Shown here piece by piece: positions 49,271 through 58,776 of a stretch of 64,000 bases of DNA (the first letter of the stretch is position 1; each line of letters starts with the position of its first letter). This stretch comes from Candidatus Marinacidobacterium sp. (lineage in GTDB: Bacteria > Acidobacteriota > Vicinamibacteria > Marinacidobacterales > Marinacidobacteraceae). The stretch spans positions 2,816,001 through 2,880,000 of the forward strand of contig OZ242011.1 of the NCBI GenBank assembly GCA_965204755.1, given 5' to 3'. The position numbers and the translations under genes are program-made. The notes beneath the pieces are model-generated. The model did no database searches and was not told the DNA's origin. It saw only the letters and a program-made list of their open reading frames with translations.

Positions 49271-50646
49271 CGGCCGCCGCGGCGACCGCGCTCCCGCCGC
49301 CCGACTGCCGAGTGCGGCTGCGCCGCGCTCTCGCGGCGGATCTCGGTTTTCACGGGGCGCCGTCCAACGGGAGGACTCATGCCTGGCATCCCTTCCCCGC
49401 CAAGTTCCCGCCGCAGTTGCCGCGGTTCTTCATCGAGGCGCTGACCTCGCCCGGCGACACGGTCCTCGACCCGATGTGCGGGTCGGGCACGACGCTGGTG
49501 GAGGCCGTCGATTCGGGAAGGCGGGCCATCGGGTGCGACATAGACCCGCTCGCCCGGCTGATCGCGGCGGTGAAATTGACGCCGGTGGACGCCTCCGAGG
49601 TGATTCGCATCGGCGTCGAGGTGCTGTTGGCCGCCCGGAGGCGCGTCCGGGACGACCGCCCAGGGCTCGAGCGCGGTCTCGGCGCCCGATTCGACTCCAA
49701 AACCCGGAAGTTCGTGGACTACTGGTTCCTTCCGGCGCAGCAACTCGAACTGCTGGCGCTGGTGGAAGAGATCGAACGCCTGCCCGACGAGCAGAGCCGC
49801 TCCTTTTTCCGATTGGTCCTGTCATCGACGATCATCGCCAAGTCCGGGGGTGTTTCGCGGGCGCGCGACCTCGCCCATACCCGGCCCCACCGGGTCGAGA
49901 GCAAGACCCCCAAGTCGGCCTTCTCGGAGTTCGAGCAGCGCCTCGCCCGCATCTCCCGCGACGCCGAGGTCGCCGGGTCGCTCCCGGCCGCGGGACGACC
50001 GCCGCCCCGCCCGCCGCGGGCGCGCCCCGCCGAGTCCCCGATCGCCGGCCCTTCTTCGCCGCCCTCGTTCGAAGTGCGCGCCGCCCGGGCGGAACGAACC
50101 GGGCTCGAGTCCGGCAGCGTGGACCTGGTGGTCACTTCACCCCCCTACGCCAACGGCGCCATCGATTACATGCGCGCCCACAAGTTCTCGCTGGTGTGGC
50201 TCGGACTCGAAATCGATGCCCTCACGAGTCTGCGGCGGGAGTATCTCGGCCACGACGCCCAAGCGTCCACTTCCGGCGGCGAACTCCCGGAACACTGCGA
50301 AGCCATCCTGGGACGGCTGTTCGCGCTGGATCGGCGAAAGGCCGGGGTGCTCCGCCGCTACTTCGGCGAAATGGAGGATGTCTTCCGGGAAACCCGCCGA
50401 GTCGTTCGGCAGGACGGCGCCGCGGTCGTCGTCGTCGGCACTTCCGTACTCCGCGGCATCGATGTCGAGACACCGTTCTGCCTCGCCGCCCTGGCGCAAC
50501 GAGTCGGTTTCGATCTCTCCGGCATCGCCGTCCGGCGACTGGACCGGGACCGCAGAATGATGCCGGCGCGATGGAACCGCGCGCCGGAATCCGGAATCGA
50601 ACGCCGCATGCACGAGGAACATGTGATCGGACTGGTTCGAACATGA
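49261..50646 (+). CDS. DNA amino-methyltransferase, probable N4-cytosine
   Basis: HPFPAKFPPQL, DPMCGSGTT (motif I) followed by VTSPPY (motif IV). Confidence 0.85.
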   Translation: MSVAAAAATALPPPDCRVRLRRALAADLGFHGAPSNGRTHAWHPFPAKFPPQLPRFFIEALTSPGDTVLDPMCGSGTTLVEAVDSGRRAIGCDIDPLARLIAAVKLTPVDASEVIRIGVEVLLAARRRVRDDRPGLERGLGARFDSKTRKFVDYWFLPAQQLELLALVEEIERLPDEQSRSFFRLVLSSTIIAKSGGVSRARDLAHTRPHRVESKTPKSAFSEFEQRLARISRDAEVAGSLPAAGRPPPRPPRARPAESPIAGPSSPPSFEVRAARAERTGLESGSVDLVVTSPPYANGAIDYMRAHKFSLVWLGLEIDALTSLRREYLGHDAQASTSGGELPEHCEAILGRLFALDRRKAGVLRRYFGEMEDVFRETRRVVRQDGAAVVVVGTSVLRGIDVETPFCLAALAQRVGFDLSGIAVRRLDRDRRMMPARWNRAPESGIERRMHEEHVIGLVRT

Positions 50647-51491
50647 GTGCGGACCCGACCATGCGCCGTCTCCGCGAGGAGTATCATCGGCGCATCGCCC
50701 GGGAAGTCCTGCGCGTGAACGACGACGGTGTTCCGAACAATGCGGATCGTGGAAGTGAAACGAGCAAGAGGATCGCGGCGGGGATTCTCGAGGAGGGGAA
50801 GTTGCGACCCGTCGTCGGCACGCTGAAGGGGCAAGAGGCGGGCAGGCTCTTCGAGACGGCGACGAGCGCCTATCTGGAGAAGGCGTTCGCGCTCGTCACC
50901 CATCTTCGCCCCGGGTCATGGGTCTTTTCCGTGGGACGGAACATACGCGATTTCGCCCAATTCCGCCACCTGACGAGAATGCGCGAATTGCTCGACCGAC
51001 ACAGTGAACTGCGCACCATACTCGGCGACTACATCGTGAAACCGGACATCGTCGTGGCCCGGCGTCCGGTCACGGATGAGGAGGTCAACCGGTATCGGCA
51101 ACTCGTCGAGGGAGATGAGGTCGCCTCCGGCACGCCTCTCCGCGAGACGAATTCCTCGGCGCCTCTCCTCCATGCCAGCGTTTCGTGCAAATGGACGATT
51201 CGGAGCGATCGTTCGCAGAACGCCCGTACCGAGGCGTTGAACCTGATCCGGCACCGGAAGGGCAATACGCCCCACATCGTGGTAGTCACGGCCGAGCCGC
51301 TTCCGGGACGGCTCGCCTCGATTGCGCTCGGAACCGGTGATGTGGACTGTGTCTATCACTTCGCCCTGCCGGAGATGCGGTCTGCGGTTACGAGAGATGG
51401 AACCGACAGCGATGCGGAACTGCTCGAGGCGCTCACGAAGGGTGATCGTCTTCGAGATGTGAGCGATCTCCCGTTCGATCTCACGATCTAG
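50643..51491 (+). CDS. NgoMIV-family type II restriction endonuclease
   Basis: DYIVKPDIVV.R, LHASVSCKWTIRSDRSQNARTEALNL.R.RKG..PH, ALGTGD.DCVYHFAL. Confidence 0.92.
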   Translation: MSADPTMRRLREEYHRRIAREVLRVNDDGVPNNADRGSETSKRIAAGILEEGKLRPVVGTLKGQEAGRLFETATSAYLEKAFALVTHLRPGSWVFSVGRNIRDFAQFRHLTRMRELLDRHSELRTILGDYIVKPDIVVARRPVTDEEVNRYRQLVEGDEVASGTPLRETNSSAPLLHASVSCKWTIRSDRSQNARTEALNLIRHRKGNTPHIVVVTAEPLPGRLASIALGTGDVDCVYHFALPEMRSAVTRDGTDSDAELLEALTKGDRLRDVSDLPFDLTI

Positions 51492-51500
51492 GAGAAGAAG

Positions 51501-53381
51501 ATGATCGGGATGTGTTCGGCCGGCTCCGCGCGGCGGCTCGTTTCGGCTTTCGCGAGAACGCCGGTTGGCGGAATCTCGTTTCGAGTGCTCGCCGTCGCCG
51601 GGGTTTGCGGAGGCGTCCTGCTCGGCGGTCCGCTTCCGGAGGCCGCGGCGGAAGCGCGCGCCGGGAACGCGGAGCGACAGCAGGAAGCGGCGGCGCGGGA
51701 CCGGGCGCTCCACGAGTTGTTCGGCGACTTCATGGAGTTTCGGCGGCGGGAGGAGCCGCGGTTCGCGGCGTCGCTCGACGGTCGGCCGCCGGAGAGTCTC
51801 GGGTCGAACACGGAGCCGGACATTCGGCGGAGGACGGGGGCGCTGGAGGCGTTTCGCGGGCGGCTGCTCGCCATACCCGTTGAGCGCTTGTCGAACGACG
51901 ACCGCGTCCACCGGGACATCTTCGAGGCGGCGCTGGCCGAGCGCCTGGGCGACGCCCGGTTCGGGGCGCACTTCCTTCCCATCAACGCCGATTCCGGATT
52001 CCACATCGGGATGGCGCGGCTCCCGAACTCGGTTCCGCTCCGCACCGTCGAGGACTATGTGGCTTATCTCCGACTGCTGCGGGACATACCGCGGTACTTC
52101 GACGAACACATCGCCCTGATGCGGCGCGGCGTCGAACTCGGGATAACCGTGCCGCGGATCGTGCTCGACGGTTACGAGGTCACGATCTCCAGCCACCTCG
52201 TGGAGGATCCGGAGGACAGCGTGTTCTTCGCTCCCTTCCGGGCGTTCCCGGACCGGATCGGCGAAGCGGAGCGCGCGCGGTTGACGAGCGCCGGGGTCGA
52301 GGCCATCCGCGAGGGGCCGGTCGCTGCGTACGCGGCATTCCTCAGTTTCTTCGAGGACGAGTACCGCCCGAACGCCCGGGAAACGATCGGCGCCTCCGAC
52401 CTGCCCGACGGCCGCAGTTACTACGCGTTCCTGATCGGGCGGTTCACCACGCTCGACCGGACCGCCGAAGAGGTCCACCGGATCGGTCTCGCCGAAGTGG
52501 AACGGATCCGGGGCGAGATGGAGGAGGCCATGCGCGCCACCGGCTTCACCCGGGAGTTCGCCGAGTTCCTGGAGTTCCTCCGCACCGACCCGCAGTTCTA
52601 TGTGGAGGAGCCCGAGGACCTGTTGCGGGAGGCGGCGTGGATCTCGAAGCGCATGGACGGCGCCCTTCCCCGGTTGTTCCGCGCGCTGCCCCGCCAGCCC
52701 TACACCGTCGAGCCGGTGCCGGACGCCATCGCGCCGAAGTACACCGGCGGCAGGTATGTGGGGGCGAGTCTCGACTCGACCCAGCCGGGGAGGTATTGGG
52801 TGAACACCTACCGGCTCGACTCGCGGCCGCTCTACACGCTCGAGGCGCTCTCGCTCCACGAGGCGGTTCCCGGCCACCACCTGCAGATCTCCCTCGCCAA
52901 GGAACTCGACCTGCCGGAGTTCCGCCGGTACTTCGGCATCGGGGCGTATTCGGAAGGCTGGGGGCTCTACTCGGAACGGCTCGGCCTGGAAGTCGGCTTC
53001 TACACGGATCCCTACTCCAACTTCGGGCGCCTCACCTACGAGATGTGGCGCGCCTGCCGCCTGGTGGTGGACACCGGGATGCATGCGCTCGGCTGGACCC
53101 GGCAACAGACGCTCGACTACCTGGCGGCGAACACCGCGCTTTCGATCCACGAGATCACGACGGAGACCGACCGTTACATCGCTTGGCCCGGGCAGGCCCT
53201 CGGCTACAAGATGGGCGAACTCAAGATCCGGGAGTTGCGCGAACTCGCCGAAACGGAACTCGGTGAGGACTTCGATGTCCGGGACTTCCACGACCGCGTG
53301 CTGCTGAGCGGCCCGGTGACCCTCCCGGTCCTCGACGACCTCATCCGCCGCTGGCTCGCCGAACGAACCTCGGCCGAATAG
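51501..53381 (+). CDS. DUF885 family exported protein (metallopeptidase-like)
   Basis: HEAVPGHHLQ, EGWGLYSE, RLVVDTG.H, PGQALGYK.G; start uncertain. Confidence 0.92.
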   Translation: MIGMCSAGSARRLVSAFARTPVGGISFRVLAVAGVCGGVLLGGPLPEAAAEARAGNAERQQEAAARDRALHELFGDFMEFRRREEPRFAASLDGRPPESLGSNTEPDIRRRTGALEAFRGRLLAIPVERLSNDDRVHRDIFEAALAERLGDARFGAHFLPINADSGFHIGMARLPNSVPLRTVEDYVAYLRLLRDIPRYFDEHIALMRRGVELGITVPRIVLDGYEVTISSHLVEDPEDSVFFAPFRAFPDRIGEAERARLTSAGVEAIREGPVAAYAAFLSFFEDEYRPNARETIGASDLPDGRSYYAFLIGRFTTLDRTAEEVHRIGLAEVERIRGEMEEAMRATGFTREFAEFLEFLRTDPQFYVEEPEDLLREAAWISKRMDGALPRLFRALPRQPYTVEPVPDAIAPKYTGGRYVGASLDSTQPGRYWVNTYRLDSRPLYTLEALSLHEAVPGHHLQISLAKELDLPEFRRYFGIGAYSEGWGLYSERLGLEVGFYTDPYSNFGRLTYEMWRACRLVVDTGMHALGWTRQQTLDYLAANTALSIHEITTETDRYIAWPGQALGYKMGELKIRELRELAETELGEDFDVRDFHDRVLLSGPVTLPVLDDLIRRWLAERTSAE

Positions 53382-53409
53382 GACGCCGCGCGCCCGGCGC
53401 CCGGAGCGC

Positions 53410-53802
53410 TCAGCCCCGCCGGGCGGCTATGGCGTCGGCGACTCGGGCGAGGAACCGGGCCTGCCCGCTCCCCAGCCCCCGCAGGTAGTCCAGCAGGTCC
53501 GCCTTCGACGAGTCGGGGTCCTTGGCGTGATCGTGCAGAAGATCCGCGGCGAGTTCGGTGAGCGACCGGCCGAGCGACCCTTCTTCGTCCGCCGCGCGGT
53601 CGGCCCCCGTCACTTCCGACGCCTCCGACGCCTCCGACGCGAAGGGATGGCCGGCACCGACCGACGCGATCTCGCCGGCCAGTTGCCGCAGTTCCGCCGC
53701 CACTGCTTTGGCGCCCGCCCGGCGAACGACGCCTTGCGCCAGCCGGCGGACGATCTCTCCCTGCGGCTGCTCCGAGAGCATCGGCCGAAGGGTACTGCTC
53801 AC
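53410..53802 (-). CDS. Hypothetical helical protein (paralog 1)
   Basis: GGAGG RBS; clear similarity to the adjacent ORF. Confidence 0.65.
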   Translation of the reverse strand: MSSTLRPMLSEQPQGEIVRRLAQGVVRRAGAKAVAAELRQLAGEIASVGAGHPFASEASEASEVTGADRAADEEGSLGRSLTELAADLLHDHAKDPDSSKADLLDYLRGLGSGQARFLARVADAIAARRG

Positions 53803-53844
53803 GGCGGGTGCGGACCTCCTGGCCGGCCGCGCGGGCGCCGCCGG

Positions 53845-54204
53845 TCAGCGCCCGTGACGGGACTCGACGAAGTCGGCGACTCGGCGGAGGAAGTCTCCTC
53901 GCCCGTGTCCGAGGCCCTCGAGGAAAACGCGGAGGTCCTCGCGGCTGCGACCGCCGCTCTCGCCGGCGTGGTCGTGGAGCAGGGCCGCCGCCAGTTCCGT
54001 CAGCGACGCCGCCATCGAGCCGCTCCCGTCGGTCATCCGCAGCGCCGAAGCGACCCCGGCGGGGAAGGGGTCGTTCGCGGTGAGCGCCTCGATCTCCTCG
54101 GCCAGCCGCCGCAGTTCGGCGGCGGCTTCGGAAGCGTCCGGCGACGCCGCGACCGCCAGCGCCAGTTCCTCGGCGAGGTCGTCGAACCTGCGGGACGCGG
54201 TCAT
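53845..54204 (-). CDS. Hypothetical helical protein (paralog 2)
   Basis: Shares AAELR.LA.EI, SLTELAA.LLHDHA and GLG.G...FL.RVAD with 53410-53802. Confidence 0.65.
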   Translation of the reverse strand: MTASRRFDDLAEELALAVAASPDASEAAAELRRLAEEIEALTANDPFPAGVASALRMTDGSGSMAASLTELAAALLHDHAGESGGRSREDLRVFLEGLGHGRGDFLRRVADFVESRHGR

Positions 54205-54305
54205 GGGCGAGGCCGTAGGGTACCGACCTGCCGGCGCCGTTCCGGGTCGCAACGGAACCGGAGCGGTTCGCCGACCATGCGAGTACGGAAGACGCCGGTG
54301 ACCGA

Positions 54306-55232
54306 ATGACCGAGTTGCCGACCGCGGAGGACGGCCGCGCGCGCTTCCAGCCGGCGGCGGTTCGACTGCTCGCCGGCCGCTGGCGCCCGGAACTCGACCG
54401 GCTCGTCGGCGACGCTCGGCGATCCCTGCTCTTCGCCGCGCCTTACATCAAGCGCGATGAAGCCGACCGGGTGTGCGCCTCGGTCGCTCCCGGCGTCGAG
54501 ATGCTGACGCTCGCCAACCTCGATGTGGGGGCGGTCAGCGCGGCGGCGCTGGACATCGCGGCGCTCGTGCGGCTGGCGCAGGCTACGGCCGGCGCCCGGG
54601 TGGTCGCGCTCTCGAACCTGCATGCGAAGGTGTATGTCGCCGACGAAGACGCCGCCATCGTTACCTCGGGCAACCTCACGCGCGCCGGTCTCGACTCCAA
54701 CCTGGAATACGGCGTCCTGTTGCGGGAACCGAAGACCGTCCATTCGGTTCGGAGCGACCTGATGGCGTTCGCCCGCCTGGGCGCCGAGGCGGACGCGGGC
54801 GCGCTGTCGGCGTTGCTTCCCCTGGAAACCGAACTTCGGCGGTCGCGCGCGGGGCTCGAAGGCGATGCCGGGGCGAAACGGCGTTTCGCTTCCGCGGTGC
54901 GGAAGGCGCGCCCGGTCTTCGGCGAACTCCAGGTCGGCGACCGCAGCGCCCACGCCGTGTTCGCCGAAGCCATCCTGATGTCCCTGCGCCGAGGAGGCCC
55001 CGCGCGAACGACCGCGCTGCAGGAAGGGGCGCGCCGGCTCCTGCCGGCGCTCTGCGACGACGACGAGATCCTCGTCATCCGGGGCGAGCGCTACGGCAGC
55101 GCGTGGAAGCGGAGATTCCGCCACGCCCAGTTGCACCTCAGCCGCAAGGGGCTCATCGAATACGACGCGGCCGCGAAGACCTGGGCGGTAACCGAAGCCC
55201 GGCGTTCCGACCGAACGCCGGGCGCCGCCTGA
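54306..55232 (+). CDS. PLD-like (HKD) nuclease with a C-terminal Mrr_N-like winged helix
   Basis: APYI, LHAKVYVAD...TSGNLT..GL..N.E; C-terminal W.RRFR.AQ.HL..KGLI......W. Confidence 0.75.
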   Translation: MTELPTAEDGRARFQPAAVRLLAGRWRPELDRLVGDARRSLLFAAPYIKRDEADRVCASVAPGVEMLTLANLDVGAVSAAALDIAALVRLAQATAGARVVALSNLHAKVYVADEDAAIVTSGNLTRAGLDSNLEYGVLLREPKTVHSVRSDLMAFARLGAEADAGALSALLPLETELRRSRAGLEGDAGAKRRFASAVRKARPVFGELQVGDRSAHAVFAEAILMSLRRGGPARTTALQEGARRLLPALCDDDEILVIRGERYGSAWKRRFRHAQLHLSRKGLIEYDAAAKTWAVTEARRSDRTPGAA

Positions 55233-55235
55233 ACC

Positions 55236-58200
55236 TCAGTTCCCCGGCGGGAGGCGGCGGCCCGGGGTCCACGGGGCGCCGGCGGCTTCGAGGTCGGTCT
55301 CCAGGGCGGCCAGGTCGTGTTCGATGAGCGCTTTCAACTCCGCGGCCAGCGGTTCGAACTGCTCGGCGGCGATGCGCGCCTGTTCTCGCTGGGTGGCGGT
55401 CGGCATCTCGCGCGTTCCCCAGTGGCCGGAGGCCGTACGGCCCAGCCGGTTGCGGATGGAAGGCGCCGCCGGTTCGTTTCGGGACTGCCGCTCCGGGTCG
55501 CCGTTCAGCCGGACTTCCAGCCCGGAGAGCGTCTCCAGCAGGGAGTCCATCCGCGTGAACAGTTCCGCGTCCGCCTTCGGGGTCTCGGCGAGCGCGGCGC
55601 GGAGGTGGCGGAGGCGTTCGCGCACCCGTCTCGCCTCGGCGGCGGCGCCGCCGGCGCGGCGCAGGAGTTCGGCGGTCTCCTGCTGGAACGCCGCGACCGA
55701 GGCCGGGTCGGCGCCGGCGGGGAGGTTCGGCGACGGCTTCACCCGGAACGACTGCGGCTCGCCGAGTTCCCGGACCCCGTCGCGGCCCGCCGCCACGAGC
55801 CGCGCCCGGTACTCGCCCGGCGGCCACAGCGGCCCCTGCGGCGGGCGCGCCCACGGCGGACGGAAACCCGGCGTGGACAGGTCCACCGGGTTCGGCGGCG
55901 GGCCGCGGAGATCCCAGGCCACCCGGTGCGTCCCCTTCTTCGCCGGGCCGGGGACCCGCCGCGCGGGCTCGCCGTCCGCGGTCTCGATCAGCACGAACAC
56001 CGACGGGTCGGCTTCGAGTTCTTCGAGGCGCAGCGCGTCGAAGCCGGGGAAGGGGATGTCGTCGCCGCGCTCGCGCCGTTCCTTTTCCCGATTGCGCCGC
56101 GCCTCTTTCGCGGTGGTCAGGGTCTCCGGCAGGTAGTAGGTGAAGACCGCGCCGAACGGCGGGTTGTCCGCGGCGAAGGCGGTGCTGCCGTAGGTCGGGC
56201 GTCCCGGTGCCTGCGTCGGCACGGAGGGGATGTACCACCAGGCGTCGCGCACCGGGAAGAGCGTCGCTTCGTCGGCCTGCGCCGCGTCCGCCAGACCGCG
56301 CAGCGCGCGGTAGTCGTCCAGCACGAAGAACCCGCGCCCGAAGGTGGCGCCGACCAGGTCCTCGTCGCGCCGCTGCACCTTCAGGTCGCGGAACGCGATC
56401 GTCGGCGCGCCTTTCAACCGGTACCAGTTCTCGCCGCCGTTCGGCGAGAAGTGGAGTCCGAACTCCGCGGCGAGGAACAGGAGGTCGGGGTCGCGGTGGT
56501 CCTGCTGGATCGCCCAGACGATGGTGTCTTCGGGAAGGTCGCCGGCGACGGAGGTCCACGACTGTCCCCGGTCGCGGCTCGCGAACAGGTACGGCCGGAA
56601 GTCGCCGGTCTTGTGGTTGTCCGCGACGGCGAACACCGTGTCGGCGTCGTGCTGGCCGGCTTCCACATCGTTGATGAACGAGAGCGCCGGAAGCCCCGGC
56701 AGGTCGGCGAGCCGCGTCCAGGTCTCGCCGCCGTCCGCCGTGCCGTGCAGCAGGCCGTCGTCGCTCCCGGTATAGAGCACGCCTTCCGCCACCGGTGATT
56801 CGGAGATCGCCGTGAGCGTGGCGTAACGCGACATCGCGCCGGTGTCATGCAGCGCGTCCACGCTCCATACCCGGTCGTAGAACGGCAGTTCGTAACGGTT
56901 TCGCCCGGTGGTCAGGTCGGCGCTGGCCGCCGTCCAGGAATGCCCCCGGTCGTCGCTGCGCCAGACGCGCTGCGAGCCGTAGTACACCCGGTCGGCGTCG
57001 TGCGGGCTGAGGAGCAGCGGCGCGTCCCAGTTCCATCTCTCCGGCGGCTCCCCCGGCGCGGGTATCGGTTGGATATGCAGCACTTCCTGGTTGCGCCGGT
57101 CCACCCGCTGCAGGTTTCCCTGCTGGGTCATCAGGTAGAGGAGGTTCGGATCGCGCGGGTCGATCTCCACGCCGTAGCCGTCGGCGCCGAGCGGGACATA
57201 CCAATCCTCGTTCCGCACGCCTTCCAGGTTGTCGGTCCGCGCCGGCCCGTGGACGGTCCCGAGGTCCTGCGCGCCGCCGAGCACTTCGTAGAACGGTTCC
57301 GCGTTGCTCAGCGCGACCTTGTAGAACTGCGAGATCGGCAGGTTCGGGAAATGGCGCCAACTCGCGCCTTCGTCGAAGGTCTCGTAGAGGCCCGCGTCGG
57401 TCCCGGCGAGCAGGTGCTTCGGGTCGTCCGGGTCGATCCAGAGCGCGTGGTTGTCCGAATGCTTCTCCCGCCCGGTGCCCAGGACCCCGAAGGTCTTCCC
57501 GCCGTCGCGCGTCACCTGGAGGAACACATCCATCTGGTAAACGAGATCCGGATCGGTGGGCGACGCCTCGATCTCCTGGTAGTAGTGCGGCCCGGTGCCG
57601 CCGGAGATGTACGGGTTCCGGCGCGTCCAACTCTCGCCCCGGTCCGGCGACCGGTAGAAGCCGCGCTCTTCCTCGCCGGCTTCGATCGTCGCGTACACCA
57701 AGCGGGGATCGGCCGGCGTGACGGCGAGTCCGATCTTGCCGATGTCACCCTTCGGGAGGCCCCGGGTGACGCGGCGGAAAGTGCGGCCGCCGTCGTCGGA
57801 GCGGTGGATGCCCGAACCCGGGCCGCCGCCGAGGAACGACCAGATGTGCCGCCGGCGTTGGTAGGCGGCGGCGTACACCGTGTCCGGGTCGTCGGGGGCG
57901 AACTCCAGGTCGGTGACGCCGGTGTCCGGGCCGGCGTCCAGCACCAGGTCCCAGGTCGCGCCGCCGTCCTCGGTGCGGTACGCGCCGCGCTCGCCGCCGC
58001 CGTTCCAGAGCGGGCCCTCCGCGGCCACGAGCACCACCCGGCTGTCGCGCGGGTCCACCAGGATGCGCCCGATGTGCTGTGAGCCGGCGAGGCCCATCCG
58101 CTCCCAGGACGCGCCGCCGTCGCGGCTGCGGTACACCCCGTCGCCCCAGCCGACATGGCGTCCGCTCACATTCTCGCCGGTCCCCACCCAGACGACTTCC

Positions 58201-58598
58201 GGATTCGACGGGTCGAGCGCCACCGCGCCGGTGGAGTAGGACTTCTGTCCGTCGAAGATCGGCCGCCAGGTGGTTCCGGCGTTCTCGGTCTTCCAGACGC
58301 CGCCGGAGCCCACCGCCAGGTACCAGGTGGAGCGGCGCTCGGGGTGCACGGCGATGTCGGCGATCCGGCCGCCCATGCGCGCCGGGCCGATCCCCCGCAG
58401 CGGCAGCCCGGAGAGCGCCGCCTCGACGGCGGCCCGGCCGCCCTCGGAATCGCCTCCGGACGCCGTCGGGGTCGTTTGGGCCGTCGAAACCGGCGCGAAC
58501 GCCGCCGCGCCGACGGTGACGACCGCGGCCGAAAGGCTGCCGCGCCGGAAGACTTTCCGAAGGAAGCGGTCGCGCGAGCGCCGGATGAAGTGGAGCAT
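55236..58598 (-). CDS. BNR/VPS10-like beta-propeller glycosyl hydrolase-like protein
   Basis: IGPARMGGRIAD, many S.DGG.(S/T)W Asp-box repeats, ATFGRGF..LDD. Confidence 0.9.
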   Translation of the reverse strand: MLHFIRRSRDRFLRKVFRRGSLSAAVVTVGAAAFAPVSTAQTTPTASGGDSEGGRAAVEAALSGLPLRGIGPARMGGRIADIAVHPERRSTWYLAVGSGGVWKTENAGTTWRPIFDGQKSYSTGAVALDPSNPEVVWVGTGENVSGRHVGWGDGVYRSRDGGASWERMGLAGSQHIGRILVDPRDSRVVLVAAEGPLWNGGGERGAYRTEDGGATWDLVLDAGPDTGVTDLEFAPDDPDTVYAAAYQRRRHIWSFLGGGPGSGIHRSDDGGRTFRRVTRGLPKGDIGKIGLAVTPADPRLVYATIEAGEEERGFYRSPDRGESWTRRNPYISGGTGPHYYQEIEASPTDPDLVYQMDVFLQVTRDGGKTFGVLGTGREKHSDNHALWIDPDDPKHLLAGTDAGLYETFDEGASWRHFPNLPISQFYKVALSNAEPFYEVLGGAQDLGTVHGPARTDNLEGVRNEDWYVPLGADGYGVEIDPRDPNLLYLMTQQGNLQRVDRRNQEVLHIQPIPAPGEPPERWNWDAPLLLSPHDADRVYYGSQRVWRSDDRGHSWTAASADLTTGRNRYELPFYDRVWSVDALHDTGAMSRYATLTAISESPVAEGVLYTGSDDGLLHGTADGGETWTRLADLPGLPALSFINDVEAGQHDADTVFAVADNHKTGDFRPYLFASRDRGQSWTSVAGDLPEDTIVWAIQQDHRDPDLLFLAAEFGLHFSPNGGENWYRLKGAPTIAFRDLKVQRRDEDLVGATFGRGFFVLDDYRALRGLADAAQADEATLFPVRDAWWYIPSVPTQAPGRPTYGSTAFAADNPPFGAVFTYYLPETLTTAKEARRNREKERRERGDDIPFPGFDALRLEELEADPSVFVLIETADGEPARRVPGPAKKGTHRVAWDLRGPPPNPVDLSTPGFRPPWARPPQGPLWPPGEYRARLVAAGRDGVRELGEPQSFRVKPSPNLPAGADPASVAAFQQETAELLRRAGGAAAEARRVRERLRHLRAALAETPKADAELFTRMDSLLETLSGLEVRLNGDPERQSRNEPAAPSIRNRLGRTASGHWGTREMPTATQREQARIAAEQFEPLAAELKALIEHDLAALETDLEAAGAPWTPGRRLPPGN

Positions 58599-58776
58599 GG
58601 TCTGGATGGCCTCCCGCCGGGGCCTCGCGCGGCCCTCCGGCGCCGCGGTTCCGCGCGCGGCGGCGGGGATCGGCGCGCGGCGCCGCCCGGCACGGGGAAT
58701 GCTCGCATACGGCCCGGGAGACGCCCCGTACACCGTGGTTTCGCGTGCTACATTCCGGGAGAGAGGGGCGAGAGAA

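Noticed and set aside
53615-53640. 9-bp triple repeat TCCGACGCC
   Set aside because: In-frame ASE-ASE-ASE linker expansion; no evidence of further function.
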